64,000 bases of DNA from an uncultured Nitrospiraceae bacterium (GTDB lineage Bacteria > Nitrospirota > Nitrospiria > Nitrospirales > Nitrospiraceae): the NCBI GenBank assembly GCA_963706325.1, contig CAVPLT010000001.1, positions 448,001-512,000 on the forward strand. Reading direction: 5' to 3'. The notes under the pieces were generated by a model that searched no databases, was not told the DNA's origin, and was given only the letters and a program-made list of their open reading frames with translations. Shown in pieces: positions 45,373 through 57,143 of the stretch. Both the position numbers and the translations under genes were made by a program. Each line of letters begins with the position of its first letter. The stretch's first letter is position 1.

Positions 45373-46631
45373 GGATGTGAGAAAAGGGCGGGCGGGCTAG
45401 CGATGAAGCCGGCCCAGGTTGCGCTGTCCATAAGAGTTTCGCGGCCTTCTGCCACTAACCGCGCCGCTGCCTCGACCAACAAAGCCTGATCCTCCGTCGA
45501 CAACCCCAGGTTCGTTTTGATACCCGTCACGCGCGCTCCCAGCGGATCACGATCCGGCAGCTGGCGTAGCGCAATGTGCCAAAAGTGACAGGTCCCGCTG
45601 ACACCGTTCACTCCCACCTGGAAGGTGCCGAACATGGACACGTCCTGTTGCGCCGCGGGAATTCCAACGAGCTCCAGCACGTTCCGTCGATGGCCTCTGA
45701 GGAGAGCTGCGGCAGCGGAGAGCGGTTTGCGCGCCTCATTCAGCTGCCGACCCGTGGCATCGATAGAGATAATTAGACAGCCCCGAGGCAATATCTCAGA
45801 CATTGATTGCGCCGGCAGCGCATCGTTCACGACCTGCATCAGGGTCCGGATGCCGAGATTGTCCGCGGCGCCCCCGTCATAGGCCAGCAAAGAGAGCTGC
45901 TCGGACGGAGTACCGTCTACCGTCCCATAAGGAATGGCCAACGGCTCTAACACACCGGGATAGGCGGCGGACATGTACACCGCCCGAGCAATACTGAAAG
46001 GCGCCAGCGGCCGGTGCAGTGCCTGGAACGCCTCATCGGAGATAATGAACGGCTCGCCGGTGAGGGCATCAGTCGCATTTATCAAGAGGATCGGCTTGGA
46101 AGGGTTGAGATCGGCAAAGGTCGCGCCGTGAAACAATCGGTTGTCCAATACCTGAATGACTTGTTCGGCAGGGATCGTGTCGGTCAGGGCATATCGAATG
46201 GCATTCTGTGGTACTGCATACCAAGGCCCCAGCATGGCCCGTTGAAAATCGCGGCCGATCTGCTCCACGAATCCATTCTGAAAACTGAATTCACGGTAAC
46301 CCTCGAGCGCATAGGAGGCAGCAGGAAGGGCGCCGCCCGACACCGCCGAGAGGACATCGACCTGGGGCAACAAACCCACACGGTCAAGCTCCTTCATGAC
46401 CGCGGCGCCGAATACGGCCGCGCGACTACCTCCGCCCGAGAACGCCAGGCCAATGAAGCGACCATCGGCGAGTTCCCGAGCTCCCAGCTGAAAGGTGGCC
46501 CTGGTTGTCTGAATCTGAGGACTTATGGAGGAGAGAGTCGGCGATTCAAGAGCGTTACAAGATGAAGTGGCCACGGCCAGAACGGCGATCGGCAGCCCTC
46601 GACCTCTGAGAAGTCTGCGCAACATCCCCAT
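45369..46631 (-). CDS. Patatin-like phospholipase
   Basis: SGGGSRAA, AVSGG, DGG. Confidence 0.85.
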   Translation of the reverse strand: MGMLRRLLRGRGLPIAVLAVATSSCNALESPTLSSISPQIQTTRATFQLGARELADGRFIGLAFSGGGSRAAVFGAAVMKELDRVGLLPQVDVLSAVSGGALPAASYALEGYREFSFQNGFVEQIGRDFQRAMLGPWYAVPQNAIRYALTDTIPAEQVIQVLDNRLFHGATFADLNPSKPILLINATDALTGEPFIISDEAFQALHRPLAPFSIARAVYMSAAYPGVLEPLAIPYGTVDGTPSEQLSLLAYDGGAADNLGIRTLMQVVNDALPAQSMSEILPRGCLIISIDATGRQLNEARKPLSAAAALLRGHRRNVLELVGIPAAQQDVSMFGTFQVGVNGVSGTCHFWHIALRQLPDRDPLGARVTGIKTNLGLSTEDQALLVEAAARLVAEGRETLMDSATWAGFIASPPALFSHP

Positions 46632-46745
46632 ACATTACTATACGGGTAACCTCTTCAAATGGATGTCCGTTCCAACGAGGGCCACGTAGTCGGTGCGAGC
46701 GCTTGAGCAATCCGTCTCGACTCTGACCACAAGCCGGAGACAGAA

Positions 46746-48428
<1,683 letters not shown>

Positions 48429-48508
48429 GCGCTCCCCTATGATGGTGTGAGACTGAGTTGAGAAGAAACATTTTGCAGGATGCTAAGAGGGGCCGGTTCA
48501 CCCACCTG

Positions 48509-49354
48509 CTACAGCGAATGCAGGGCTTGAAGACCCTGTTTGGCCTGAGCCCCCATACCGGCGAGGCCGGCTCGCACCTCCTGAGCATTACGCACCGGAT
48601 TGGCGAAGGCGACTCGTCCCCCCTGCATGCGATCGGCTGTTTTGATCCGAAGGTGAAAGCCCAGGCGATCCAGCGCGGTCATCGTCACTTGCTGCGCCTC
48701 CACATTGCCGTATACGCGGGCGAGGAGCAACAGCGTGGAAGTCTGTTGCTCATTCATTTCTTGGATCAAACTCGATGCTTGGTCGGCGAGGGGGTCCACC
48801 GCTGCCGCCGCATAGTCTTTCGACGTGACCCAGCCCATCGACCCAAAGCCTCCGACAAAATAGATATCCTCGATGGCCAGGCGAAAAAACCCAAAGTCGT
48901 CAAAGTCCACCCAGTAGGAGGCGTTGGCATGCCGAGCCAGATAGAGCTCACGAACCTGCGAAACCTCCCCGCTGGGCACCTTCGTCGCCGAGCCCATCAA
49001 TGTGACCCTGGCAGCCCCCAGTGGATCGGTTCGGCTTTCAGGCGGCGTCACCAACAAACTGGCGCGTGGATCACCCAGAAGATTCTGCGTGTGCATGGCC
49101 ATGGTACTGATGAGGAACACCGGTTGCCCCTGTTCGTCCAACCCATAGGGCATCACCGACCCGAACGGCCAGCCTGGCTGTTTCCGTGAGAGGGTGGAGA
49201 GACTGCCCGTCTGTTGCAAATGAACCAATGTCCTGGCCCGCTCGGCGTGGGACGGTTCGGGCACATCAGGACCGTCTGAATCTGGTCCGCTATTATGCTG
49301 TCGCGATGATGACAACGATGCCTCTTTTCTGTGCAATAAGTTGCGGGACACCAT
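48509..49354 (-). CDS. HugZ / pyridoxamine 5'-phosphate oxidase-like protein
   Basis: PFGSVMPY, HTQNLLGDPRASLLV, FVGGFGSMGWV; start uncertain. Confidence 0.82.
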   Translation of the reverse strand: MVSRNLLHRKEASLSSSRQHNSGPDSDGPDVPEPSHAERARTLVHLQQTGSLSTLSRKQPGWPFGSVMPYGLDEQGQPVFLISTMAMHTQNLLGDPRASLLVTPPESRTDPLGAARVTLMGSATKVPSGEVSQVRELYLARHANASYWVDFDDFGFFRLAIEDIYFVGGFGSMGWVTSKDYAAAAVDPLADQASSLIQEMNEQQTSTLLLLARVYGNVEAQQVTMTALDRLGFHLRIKTADRMQGGRVAFANPVRNAQEVRAGLAGMGAQAKQGLQALHSL

Positions 49355-49405
49355 ACCCTGGATGCGACGTGAATTTCCACTGAAGGCGGGGGCCGGCGAG
49401 AGCCA

Positions 49406-49615
49406 GTGTCTGGTTCTCTTCTGACGATCTTAGATCCCCAAATCTTCCGTGAGCCGCACTTCGGATTCTTCAAGGATCTCTTCCAAGCAGGTGAAACAGG
49501 TGAATGGAAACTGACTGACTGGAACGGCACAGACTTCGCCAATCGGCGACTCATCCAACGCGGGGCCTCCGCATTCTTTATGGATCAGGACCAACATTCG
49601 ATTCCTTTCGATTAG
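49406..49615 (+). CDS. Small hypothetical protein
   Basis: 69-aa ORF filling the gap between genes. Confidence 0.35.
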   Translation: MSGSLLTILDPQIFREPHFGFFKDLFQAGETGEWKLTDWNGTDFANRRLIQRGASAFFMDQDQHSIPFD

Positions 49616-50364
49616 CGAGTCACCAATCGCCTGAACGTATCCAAATGCTCAGGACTGCTCAGGCGATGGTCGCCCGTCTTCAACAACAACTCGATGGGAA
49701 ACTCACGATCCTGCGAGAGCACGTGATGAACGAAGTCCCAGCTTCCTTCCGGCCTGATAACCGTATCTTGCAAACCGTGCAGAATGGTCGTCTTCACGCG
49801 GCGCGGCTGGCTGTGCCGGCGGCTCCAGAGCGCTTGGCTGTCCACAACCCAATGCCAGGGAATCGGCGCGACTTGATGCATGGGCTCGTCGTCCCAGGGC
49901 ATGACGCCGGTCGATTGCCACTGCTCACGCCTCTCGGCTGAAATCTGCGCTGCGCGCAGGTCCATCATATTGAATGCCGGGGCGATCAGAATCAATTCTT
50001 CCACCGCCGGCTGTTCCTGAGCCACCAGCCAAGCCAACCAGCCCCCGAGCGAATTGCCGACAATCGTGACCGGCGGGCCATCGGCCAGGAGACTGGTAAC
50101 GGCCTCCGCATCCTCCAGCCATTGCAGCAGACGATACTCGCCCCACTTTCCATCCGAATCGCCCCACCCGCGAAAATCGAAACAACAGAACCCCCATCCT
50201 CGCTCCTGGCACCATTGCGCCAGCGCCTTGCTCTTATTGCCCCACCGTTTGGATAGGAATCCCGTGATGAACAAAATTTGGCGGTCTTTGCCGGACGTGC
50301 GGTTGCCGCGTATGAGTTTGTGGTCAGCGCCTTGGAGTTCGAAGCTCGTCGCATCAGCGGTCAT
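49612..50364 (-). CDS. Alpha/beta hydrolase
   Basis: GNSLGG nucleophile, HGLQD, GDHRL. Confidence 0.88.
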   Translation of the reverse strand: MTADATSFELQGADHKLIRGNRTSGKDRQILFITGFLSKRWGNKSKALAQWCQERGWGFCCFDFRGWGDSDGKWGEYRLLQWLEDAEAVTSLLADGPPVTIVGNSLGGWLAWLVAQEQPAVEELILIAPAFNMMDLRAAQISAERREQWQSTGVMPWDDEPMHQVAPIPWHWVVDSQALWSRRHSQPRRVKTTILHGLQDTVIRPEGSWDFVHHVLSQDREFPIELLLKTGDHRLSSPEHLDTFRRLVTR

Positions 50365-50369
50365 GGTGA

Positions 50370-51077
50370 TTATCCTGCGGCATGCGCGAGGACGAGCAAG
50401 AGCAGCGCCGGACAGCCGAGCCGATTCTTCCAGGTCTCTCGGCGAGCGACGAGTTGTTGGTCCACAGGCGGCTCTCGGAGTTGCTCGACAGATAAATGAG
50501 CCTGTGCGACGGCGGCGAGGATGTCTCGGATTTCATGGATCGTGCCTTGCGTATGAAACTCCCGGCCTGCCGCCGTAAATTTTACCGTCGGCCCGGTCAG
50601 TCGCTGCATGTCCGGATGCACCGCGGTCACGATGGCACGACCGCCTGGTTTGAGCGTTTCGGCAATGCCCCCGAAAAACCGCCGGAGATCGTGGACGTGG
50701 TCTAACACCAGCCCGGATACCACCCGATCGAAACTTCTCGCATGAAAAGGCAGACACTCGACCGACGCTTGCACCCATCTCGCCGCGATGGTGGCCGATG
50801 TCTGCCGCCTGGCTCGCGCGAGCATGCCTCGAGACAAGTCGACCCCGACAGCGTACGATCCGTGGCCCACCAGCCGGAGGTAACGTCCTGTCCCGCAGCC
50901 AAGATCCAGAATACGACAGCCCTCAAACGGCTGGATCACAGACAACAGAAACGGCTGATCGAGCAGCGTCGAAGGATCTTCCTCGTCGTAATGTTCCGCC
51001 CATTCATCATAGGCCGGCTGCGGGGGAAGAAACCCCGCTGTGCTTCGCTCCTCTTCGCTGCTCATGTCGTCAACCAT
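50370..51077 (-). CDS. Class I SAM-dependent methyltransferase
   Basis: LDLGCGTGR, GVDLS, LKPGG. Confidence 0.88.
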   Translation of the reverse strand: MVDDMSSEEERSTAGFLPPQPAYDEWAEHYDEEDPSTLLDQPFLLSVIQPFEGCRILDLGCGTGRYLRLVGHGSYAVGVDLSRGMLARARRQTSATIAARWVQASVECLPFHARSFDRVVSGLVLDHVHDLRRFFGGIAETLKPGGRAIVTAVHPDMQRLTGPTVKFTAAGREFHTQGTIHEIRDILAAVAQAHLSVEQLREPPVDQQLVARRETWKNRLGCPALLLLVLAHAAG

Positions 51078-51088
51078 TGGACCATGTC

Positions 51089-51802
51089 CTACACGAATAT
51101 TTTTCTGATGAATAGCCCGAGCCGCCGCAATACTACCTCCGGTATCTCATGGCCGCCACGGAATGGCTGCCAGTCAACGTTCATTTTCGCCTGCAGAAAC
51201 TCATCCCGCAACCGTTCTGCCATGACGTAATCCAAGATAGGGTCCTGTGTCCCGTGGCTTTGAAACACCGACATGCCCTTGCGTTTGACCATGAGTGGAT
51301 TCCATTCCTGCTTGGCAACCAGAGTTCCGGACAGCTGAATCAAGCCCGCATAGAGTTCGATGCTGTGGAGGAGCGCATCGCAGGAGAGCATCGCGCCTTG
51401 TGAAAATCCGCCCAGAACCGTCCGTGCGGGATCCGTGCCGAACTTGCGGTAAATATCGTCCAGTAGCGTCTTCATGCGCTCGCGCGCCTCGGAAAGGCCG
51501 CGCGGTATTTCATTCGACATGTCCCGGCTTTTCCCCGCAGCCCGATCCGCTTGAATCCTGGCCATGTCGATCATCCACCAGGCGCGGGAATCGCCGAAAC
51601 CCATGGGAATGGAAATCGGCGCCTCAGGGAAGAGAAAGCGCGTGCCGGCGGGCGCATCAAGATATTCGCTGAGGGCCACCAGGTCGTCTCCCGGCGCCCC
51701 GAAGCCGTGGAGCAAGACGACGAGGGGGCCAGCGCCTGCACCCTTCCCGTCGGTTCCTCCCGTGATGCGGACTGTCAGGCCGCCGAGTTTATCTACGCGC
51801 AT
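51089..51802 (-). CDS. Phospholipase/carboxylesterase
   Basis: LLHGFGA, GGFSQGAM, HGTQDP, GGHEI. Confidence 0.9.
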   Translation of the reverse strand: MRVDKLGGLTVRITGGTDGKGAGAGPLVVLLHGFGAPGDDLVALSEYLDAPAGTRFLFPEAPISIPMGFGDSRAWWMIDMARIQADRAAGKSRDMSNEIPRGLSEARERMKTLLDDIYRKFGTDPARTVLGGFSQGAMLSCDALLHSIELYAGLIQLSGTLVAKQEWNPLMVKRKGMSVFQSHGTQDPILDYVMAERLRDEFLQAKMNVDWQPFRGGHEIPEVVLRRLGLFIRKIFV

Positions 51803-51851
51803 GAGTCAGGTCTCCTGTTTTACCTGTTACGTGCGATGCCGGAGGGGGTAG

Positions 51852-53330
51852 CTACGACGAACAACTGACGCTGAGGTGCTTACCCCAGTTCGGCGGCGCG
51901 GCGGCGTACGCTTCCATGCCGGCCTGTTCCACATAGGGATTCTGCAGCAGCTGCAAGAGGCGGTCGATCTCCGAATAGTCTTTCTGCTGAGCCTTTTCGA
52001 TGGCCCCTTGGGCGAGATAATTACGAAGAATGTACTTGGGATTGACGCGGTCCATTCGCCCACGGCGATCTTCATCTATGCTCTGCTCGCTTTGTAACCG
52101 TTCACGATATTGCCCGGCCCAGGCATCGAACCGATCCGGATTCAGGAAGTGTTCGCGCAGCCGTTCGTTCTTGGCGTCCGTGGCGGATGAAAACGTCCCG
52201 AGCTCGCGCCAGAATATCGTATAGTCCACGCGGCTTCCCACCAGCAGCGATTTGAGATCCTGCAACAACTCTTCATCTCCCGCCTGTTGATCAACCAGCC
52301 CCAACTTGGCTCGCATGAGGTCGCGATAGTGCCGGTCGACGCTTGTCTGATACCCATCCATGGCCGCCTTCAGCGCCTCCTTGGGCGCGAGCGGCAAGAG
52401 AGTCTGCGCCAAACAACTGAGGTTCCACAGGCCGATATAGGGCTGTTGGTTAAACGCGTAGCGTCCGTTGTAATCGGAATGATTGCAAATGAAACCGGGA
52501 TCGTAATCGTCCATGAAGCCGTAGGGCCCATAGTCGAGCGTGATGCCAAGGATCGACATGTTGTCGGTATTCAACACGCCATGCGCCCACCCGACTGCTT
52601 GCCACTGCGCGACCAATCTTGCGGTGCGCTCGACCACCTCGGCGAAAAAGCTGACATACGGTTCCGATTCATCCAGCAACTGTGGAAAATGCTGGGCGAT
52701 CACATAGTCGGCCAGGACTTTCAGATGCTCATGCTGCTTACGGTAGTAGAAAATCTCAAACGTGCCGAACCGCACATGCGACGGGGCCATGCGGACGATC
52801 GTTGCGCCGGTTTCGACTTGCTCGCGATACACTTGGTCGTCGCTGCCCACCAGGCATAAGGCCCGCGTCGTTGGAATGCCCAGCCCATGCATGGCTTCGC
52901 AGCAGAGATATTCACGGATCGCCGAACGGAGCACGGATCGCCCATCCCCATCGCGAGAAAACGGCGTCATCCCCGCCCCCTTAAGGTGCAGGTCCCATCG
53001 TTCGCCACGCTCATTCTTCACTTCCCCAAGTAGAATCGCCCGACCGTCACCGAGCTGCGGCACGTAGACCCCGAACTGATGACCGGAATACACCATCGCC
53101 AGCGGCTCCATGCCCGGCACCAAAAGACTTCCTCCGAACACTCCCGCGAATTCCGAACGTGTCGTCTCATGGAAGTCGAGATCGATCAAAGCCGCCGCGG
53201 ATGGATTCGCGCTGATGAGAAACGGCGCCGTGGAAAATGGCGTGGGGTTCACTTTGGCGTAAAAGACCTCCGGCAAGCGCGCATAGCTGTTGTCGAAAGT
53301 CAGTGATTCGAGCGTAAGGGAATGGGTCAT
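51852..53330 (-). CDS. selO: Protein adenylyltransferase SelO (YdiU)
   Basis: YSGHQFG...QLGDGRAILLGE, LKGAG.TPFSR.GDGR, HGVLNTDN, C-terminal SCSS. Confidence 0.95.
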   Translation of the reverse strand: MTHSLTLESLTFDNSYARLPEVFYAKVNPTPFSTAPFLISANPSAAALIDLDFHETTRSEFAGVFGGSLLVPGMEPLAMVYSGHQFGVYVPQLGDGRAILLGEVKNERGERWDLHLKGAGMTPFSRDGDGRSVLRSAIREYLCCEAMHGLGIPTTRALCLVGSDDQVYREQVETGATIVRMAPSHVRFGTFEIFYYRKQHEHLKVLADYVIAQHFPQLLDESEPYVSFFAEVVERTARLVAQWQAVGWAHGVLNTDNMSILGITLDYGPYGFMDDYDPGFICNHSDYNGRYAFNQQPYIGLWNLSCLAQTLLPLAPKEALKAAMDGYQTSVDRHYRDLMRAKLGLVDQQAGDEELLQDLKSLLVGSRVDYTIFWRELGTFSSATDAKNERLREHFLNPDRFDAWAGQYRERLQSEQSIDEDRRGRMDRVNPKYILRNYLAQGAIEKAQQKDYSEIDRLLQLLQNPYVEQAGMEAYAAAPPNWGKHLSVSCSS

Positions 53331-53577
53331 ATGGCTCAGCTTCCTGGGGACTACGGAAAGTTGGTTGCAAGGTCGGTTCGAGCGTAAAGACGAACAGGTG
53401 TTCCCCGACCATTGCATGGATGTCGGTCTGAGGGCAAAGCTCTTCGCTCACCGTCACGACACAAAGGCGTTAACCGTCCTTCTTCTATGCCAGACTCGAT
53501 CATCATAGGAAAGTCGATTATAGCCATCACCGACCTCTTCCTCCAACCTCTTTAACGTCGCATCAGGCCTCACCCTG

Positions 53578-53607
53578 TTGATACGGACTTCGACCATACG
53601 ATACACT
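53578..53607 (+). promoter_or_regulatory. Candidate sigma70 promoter for the ilvA leader
   Basis: TTGATA-N18-TACACT. Confidence 0.45.
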
Positions 53608-53650
53608 CAGGCGCACTTCACATGTGACGCGACAGCACCTTGACCAAATC

Positions 53651-53719
53651 ATGACTCTCAATCTGCAGAATAACGGCATGAGCATGGCGGCGGCGATTAT
53701 GGTCGCCAGCTCCGCCTGA
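53651..53719 (+). CDS. Putative leader peptide MTLNLQNNGMSMAAAIMVASSA
   Basis: 22-codon ORF ending 41 nt before a terminator; its 3' end is complementary to the terminator 5' arm. Confidence 0.6.
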   Translation: MTLNLQNNGMSMAAAIMVASSA

Positions 53720-53760
53720 GCCTGCCTGCGATCGAGCGCGTTTTCTACGCAAGCAATGAG

Positions 53761-53800
53761 GCCCTTGGCGGAACCGAATCCGCCAGGGGCTTTTTCTTTG
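53761..53800 (+). terminator. Intrinsic terminator (attenuator) upstream of ilvA
   Basis: GCCCTTGGCGGA-accgaa-TCCGCCAGGGGC followed by TTTTTCTTT, about 50 nt before the start codon. Confidence 0.85.
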
Positions 53801-53849
53801 TATGTGGCGCCGGAACTGATTCGAGCGGAGTTTGGAGAAAGGAGTGTGC

Positions 53850-55058
53850 ATGCTGAATCTTGAAGACATCGAAGCGGCAGCCCGCCGGATCAAATCGGCA
53901 GTCTACGAGTCTCCACTGGTGCACTCTAAAATGCTGTCCGACCTGACAGGCAATGCGATCTATTTGAAGCTCGAGAATCTGCAAATGACGGGCTCGTTCA
54001 AGGAACGCGGCGCATTGAACCGCATCCTGACGATGACCGACGACGAGAAGCGGCGCGGCGTGATAGCGGCCTCGGCAGGGAACCACGGGCAGGGGGTCGC
54101 CTATCATGCCGCCAGGCGCGGTATCCCGGCCCAAATCTGGATGCCTCGCTCGACACCGATGGTCAAGCTAGCCGCCACCCGTGCCCATGGCGCCGAGGTC
54201 GTGCTGCATGGGACCTCCTACGATGAGGCATATGAAGGCGCCGTCGAACGGAGCCTGCAGACGAACGCGACATTTGTCCACGCGTTCGATGACGAAGCGG
54301 TGATCGCCGGACAAGGCACCATCGGTTTGGAGATTCTGGCCCAGAACCCGGCGTTGGATGTCATCGTCGCCCCGGTCGGGGGAGGCGGGCTCATTGCGGG
54401 CGTCGGTTGCGCCCTGAAAGGAAGACACGCAGGAATCGAGGTCATCGGCGTTCAAACCTCCCGCCTTCCATCGATGACCGCGGCCCTGAAGTCGAAGATG
54501 CCGGTGAGTCTTCCCCCCGCTTCTACCCTGGCGGACGGAATCGCTGTACGAAGGGCGGGCGCACTCACCCTGCCGCTGGTCAGCAAATATGTGGACCACA
54601 TGGTCACGGTCGAGGAAGCGGACATCGCCGCGGCGATTCTCGTGTTGCTGGAACAGGAGAAAACCTTAGCGGAGGGAGCGGGGGCGATTGCGCTGGCGGC
54701 GGTGCTGCAGGGCAAAACCGGCCATCGTGGCAAACACATTGCCGTATTGGTATCAGGCGGTAATCTTGATGTGAACGTGCTCGCCAGAATCATAGAACAG
54801 GGCATGGTCCGCGATGGGCGACGGCTGCGCTTACGGGTGCGACTGCCCGATTATCCGGGGGCGTTGGAAAGACTGGCCTCGGTGATTGCCAAAGCCAATG
54901 CCAACATTGTGGAGACTTCCTACAACCGTGCACATTATGGAGTGAGTTTAAACGAAGCCGCAATTGACATTACGATGGAAACCCGCGGACGCCATCACGC
55001 CTCGGAATTGTTGGCGACCCTGAAGGATTCGCAGTATGAATATAGTCTGGTGGAATAA
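53850..55058 (+). CDS. ilvA: Threonine/serine ammonia-lyase with C-terminal ACT domain
   Basis: KLENLQMTGSFKERGA, SAGNHGQG, VGGGGL, SGGNLD, LPDYPGAL ACT domain; AAAGGAG RBS. Confidence 0.92.
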   Translation: MLNLEDIEAAARRIKSAVYESPLVHSKMLSDLTGNAIYLKLENLQMTGSFKERGALNRILTMTDDEKRRGVIAASAGNHGQGVAYHAARRGIPAQIWMPRSTPMVKLAATRAHGAEVVLHGTSYDEAYEGAVERSLQTNATFVHAFDDEAVIAGQGTIGLEILAQNPALDVIVAPVGGGGLIAGVGCALKGRHAGIEVIGVQTSRLPSMTAALKSKMPVSLPPASTLADGIAVRRAGALTLPLVSKYVDHMVTVEEADIAAAILVLLEQEKTLAEGAGAIALAAVLQGKTGHRGKHIAVLVSGGNLDVNVLARIIEQGMVRDGRRLRLRVRLPDYPGALERLASVIAKANANIVETSYNRAHYGVSLNEAAIDITMETRGRHHASELLATLKDSQYEYSLVE

Positions 55059-55310
55059 ACACCGGCGGGATCATCGAGAAAAACAACAACGGCCACTTTC
55101 CTGCGCCCTGTGGCGCCCGATTGCCGACCGGCTCCCGGAATTTTTCTTGCATTCTTCGCCCTTCACAGCTAGATCTAACACAGTTTTTCGGTGGTGCCGT
55201 CCAGCGGTCGTGACTCATGCGCGACCTGGACCCACGTGTGTGTTAATGCAATGAGACAGGCAGTATGGTCTTGCCGGTGGTTCCCCCGCGGGAAAGGCCG
55301 GGGACAGTGC

Positions 55311-55362
55311 AGGCCAGTCGTTGGTCCTTTTCTTAAGGACCGTCGGTTGGCCTTTTTCTTTT
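55311..55362 (+). terminator. Intrinsic-terminator-like hairpin immediately upstream of the DAB operon
   Basis: AGGCCAGTCGTTGGTCCTT-ttctt-AAGGACCGTCGGTTGGCCT followed by TTTTCTTTT. Confidence 0.75.
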
Positions 55363-55383
55363 CATGAGCCGAATGGATTCCGC

Positions 55384-57083
55384 ATGGTCTTGCTAGTGCT
55401 CGTGCCGCTCTTGCCACTGTTGACAGCGTTCATCGTGATGACCGGTCATCGCGCCGATCAAGATCAGACTGCGAAGGCCGGCCTGTTCCCTATCGTCGCC
55501 GCCTTCGTTGGGGCGCTCGTCACTCTGGTGCTCGTGCCCTCCGAGGGGGCTATCACGGTACAATTCTATGACCCGGCCGCCATGGCCAATCTCGCCTTTC
55601 CCATCGGATTCTACATCGACCGGCTGAGCGCGGTCATGATGGTCCTGATTTCGGGAGTGACCGCGCTCATCTATCGCTACTCGGTGGGCTACATGTACCA
55701 AGATCGCGGCTATCGCCGATACCTCGGGCTACTCGGCATCACCACCTCGGTACTACTCTGCATGGTGTGCAGCGCCAATCTGGTGATGTTATTTATGTTT
55801 TGGCAAATTCTTCCCTGGCTTCTCTTTCTCGCTGGCGCACAACCACGGGCATGTCGCGACGCTCGCGGGCGCCTCCAACACCTTTACGCTCTTGCGCCTC
55901 GGCGACGTGGTCTTTCTCGCCGGGATTGTGCTGGCCTATTCGCTCTATGGCACCTTCGAGTTTCAGGCGCTGTTCGCTCGCGCCGCGGAGATTCCCGTGA
56001 CCCTGTCTCTCTGGCCTGCTCTGGCTGGGAAATGGACGGCGTCACGGCGGTGACCTTGCTCATTTTCGTCGGCGCCATGAGCAAGTCGGCTCAGTTCCCG
56101 CTCCATACGTGGCTTCCACGATCGCTCTATGCGCCGACGCCGGTCCACGCGCTGCTGCATGCCGGCATCATCAACGCGGGAGGCTTTTTACTGAACCGAC
56201 TCGCCCCGCTCTATGGTCTGAGTCCCGACCACGCTTGCACGTCGTATTCCTCATCGGCATGCTGACCGCCATTCTCGGCGCGACTATGATGTTGACCCAG
56301 AACGACATCAAGAAGACGCTCGGCTTTTCGACCATCGGCCAGATGGGCTACATGATTATGGAATGCGGGTTGGGCGCGTTTTCCCTCGCCGTGTTCCATC
56401 TCATCGCGCACGGACTGTTCAAGGGCTACCGTCTTTTTGAACTGCGGCAACGTGATTCATAAGGCCCGACAAGAACCCTCGTTCCCGCAGGCCGGTCACG
56501 AGGCGGAAGACAGCCAGATTCTCCAACCTGACCTGGTCCACCGGATTCGTGACGACGCTCCTCTTGCCGCTCGTGATCCTCTTGGTCACGCATGGCATCT
56601 TGAGAATTCCGCTGCTGGAATCGCAGGGGACCGTGATCTTTCTGTTCTTTATCTGGGTCACGTCCTCGCAGGCCATTCTGTCATTGACGCGCATTCGCGC
56701 CGTCGCGTCCTGGAAGGTGTCCGCCGCCATGCTGCTTACGCTCATCTTCGTCCTGTTCACCTACCTGTTCGCGGTCGAGAGCTTCACGCATTTCCTTTAC
56801 CCCGATCCCGATGAGGTGGCGTCGTACTTTCGAGGCCGCGGCATTGCCGGGCCGGCTCTTCGATCGCCTGGTGTCGGGCACGACGTTGTTGACGTCCTCG
56901 GCTGGTTTTACGTCTATGCCCATGCGCATGGGCGGACGATCCGCATGCCAGCCTGGATTGAAGGGTCTTCTGACTCGTCTGTATGTCCTGTTTATGAATC
57001 GACTCTATCTCGACGCAGCTGTATTTCAAACTCGGCCGGGTCGTGACGCTGGTCGCCCATCGGCTGGAGAAACGGTCTCGTGA
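55384..57083 (+). CDS. NuoL/ND5-like membrane subunit of DAB inorganic-carbon transporter (DabB-like), several frameshifts
   Basis: IDRLSAVM, KSAQFPLHTWLP..APTPVHALLHAGIINAGG, STIGQMG, HLIAHGLFK across fragments; upstream of DUF2309. Confidence 0.85.
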
Positions 57084-57143
57084 CGATGTCCGCACCAGGA
57101 ACGCACACGTCAGCGATCCGCTATGCCTGGCCGGAGGCCGGTC

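Noticed and set aside
51852..51870. Selenocysteine in SelO
   Set aside because: The C-terminus is SCSS followed by TAG, with no in-frame TGA.
55205..55230. ZTP riboswitch suggested by GGTCGTGACT
   Set aside because: The following conserved GGCG and the 3' CGCCTGGG pseudoknot partner are missing.
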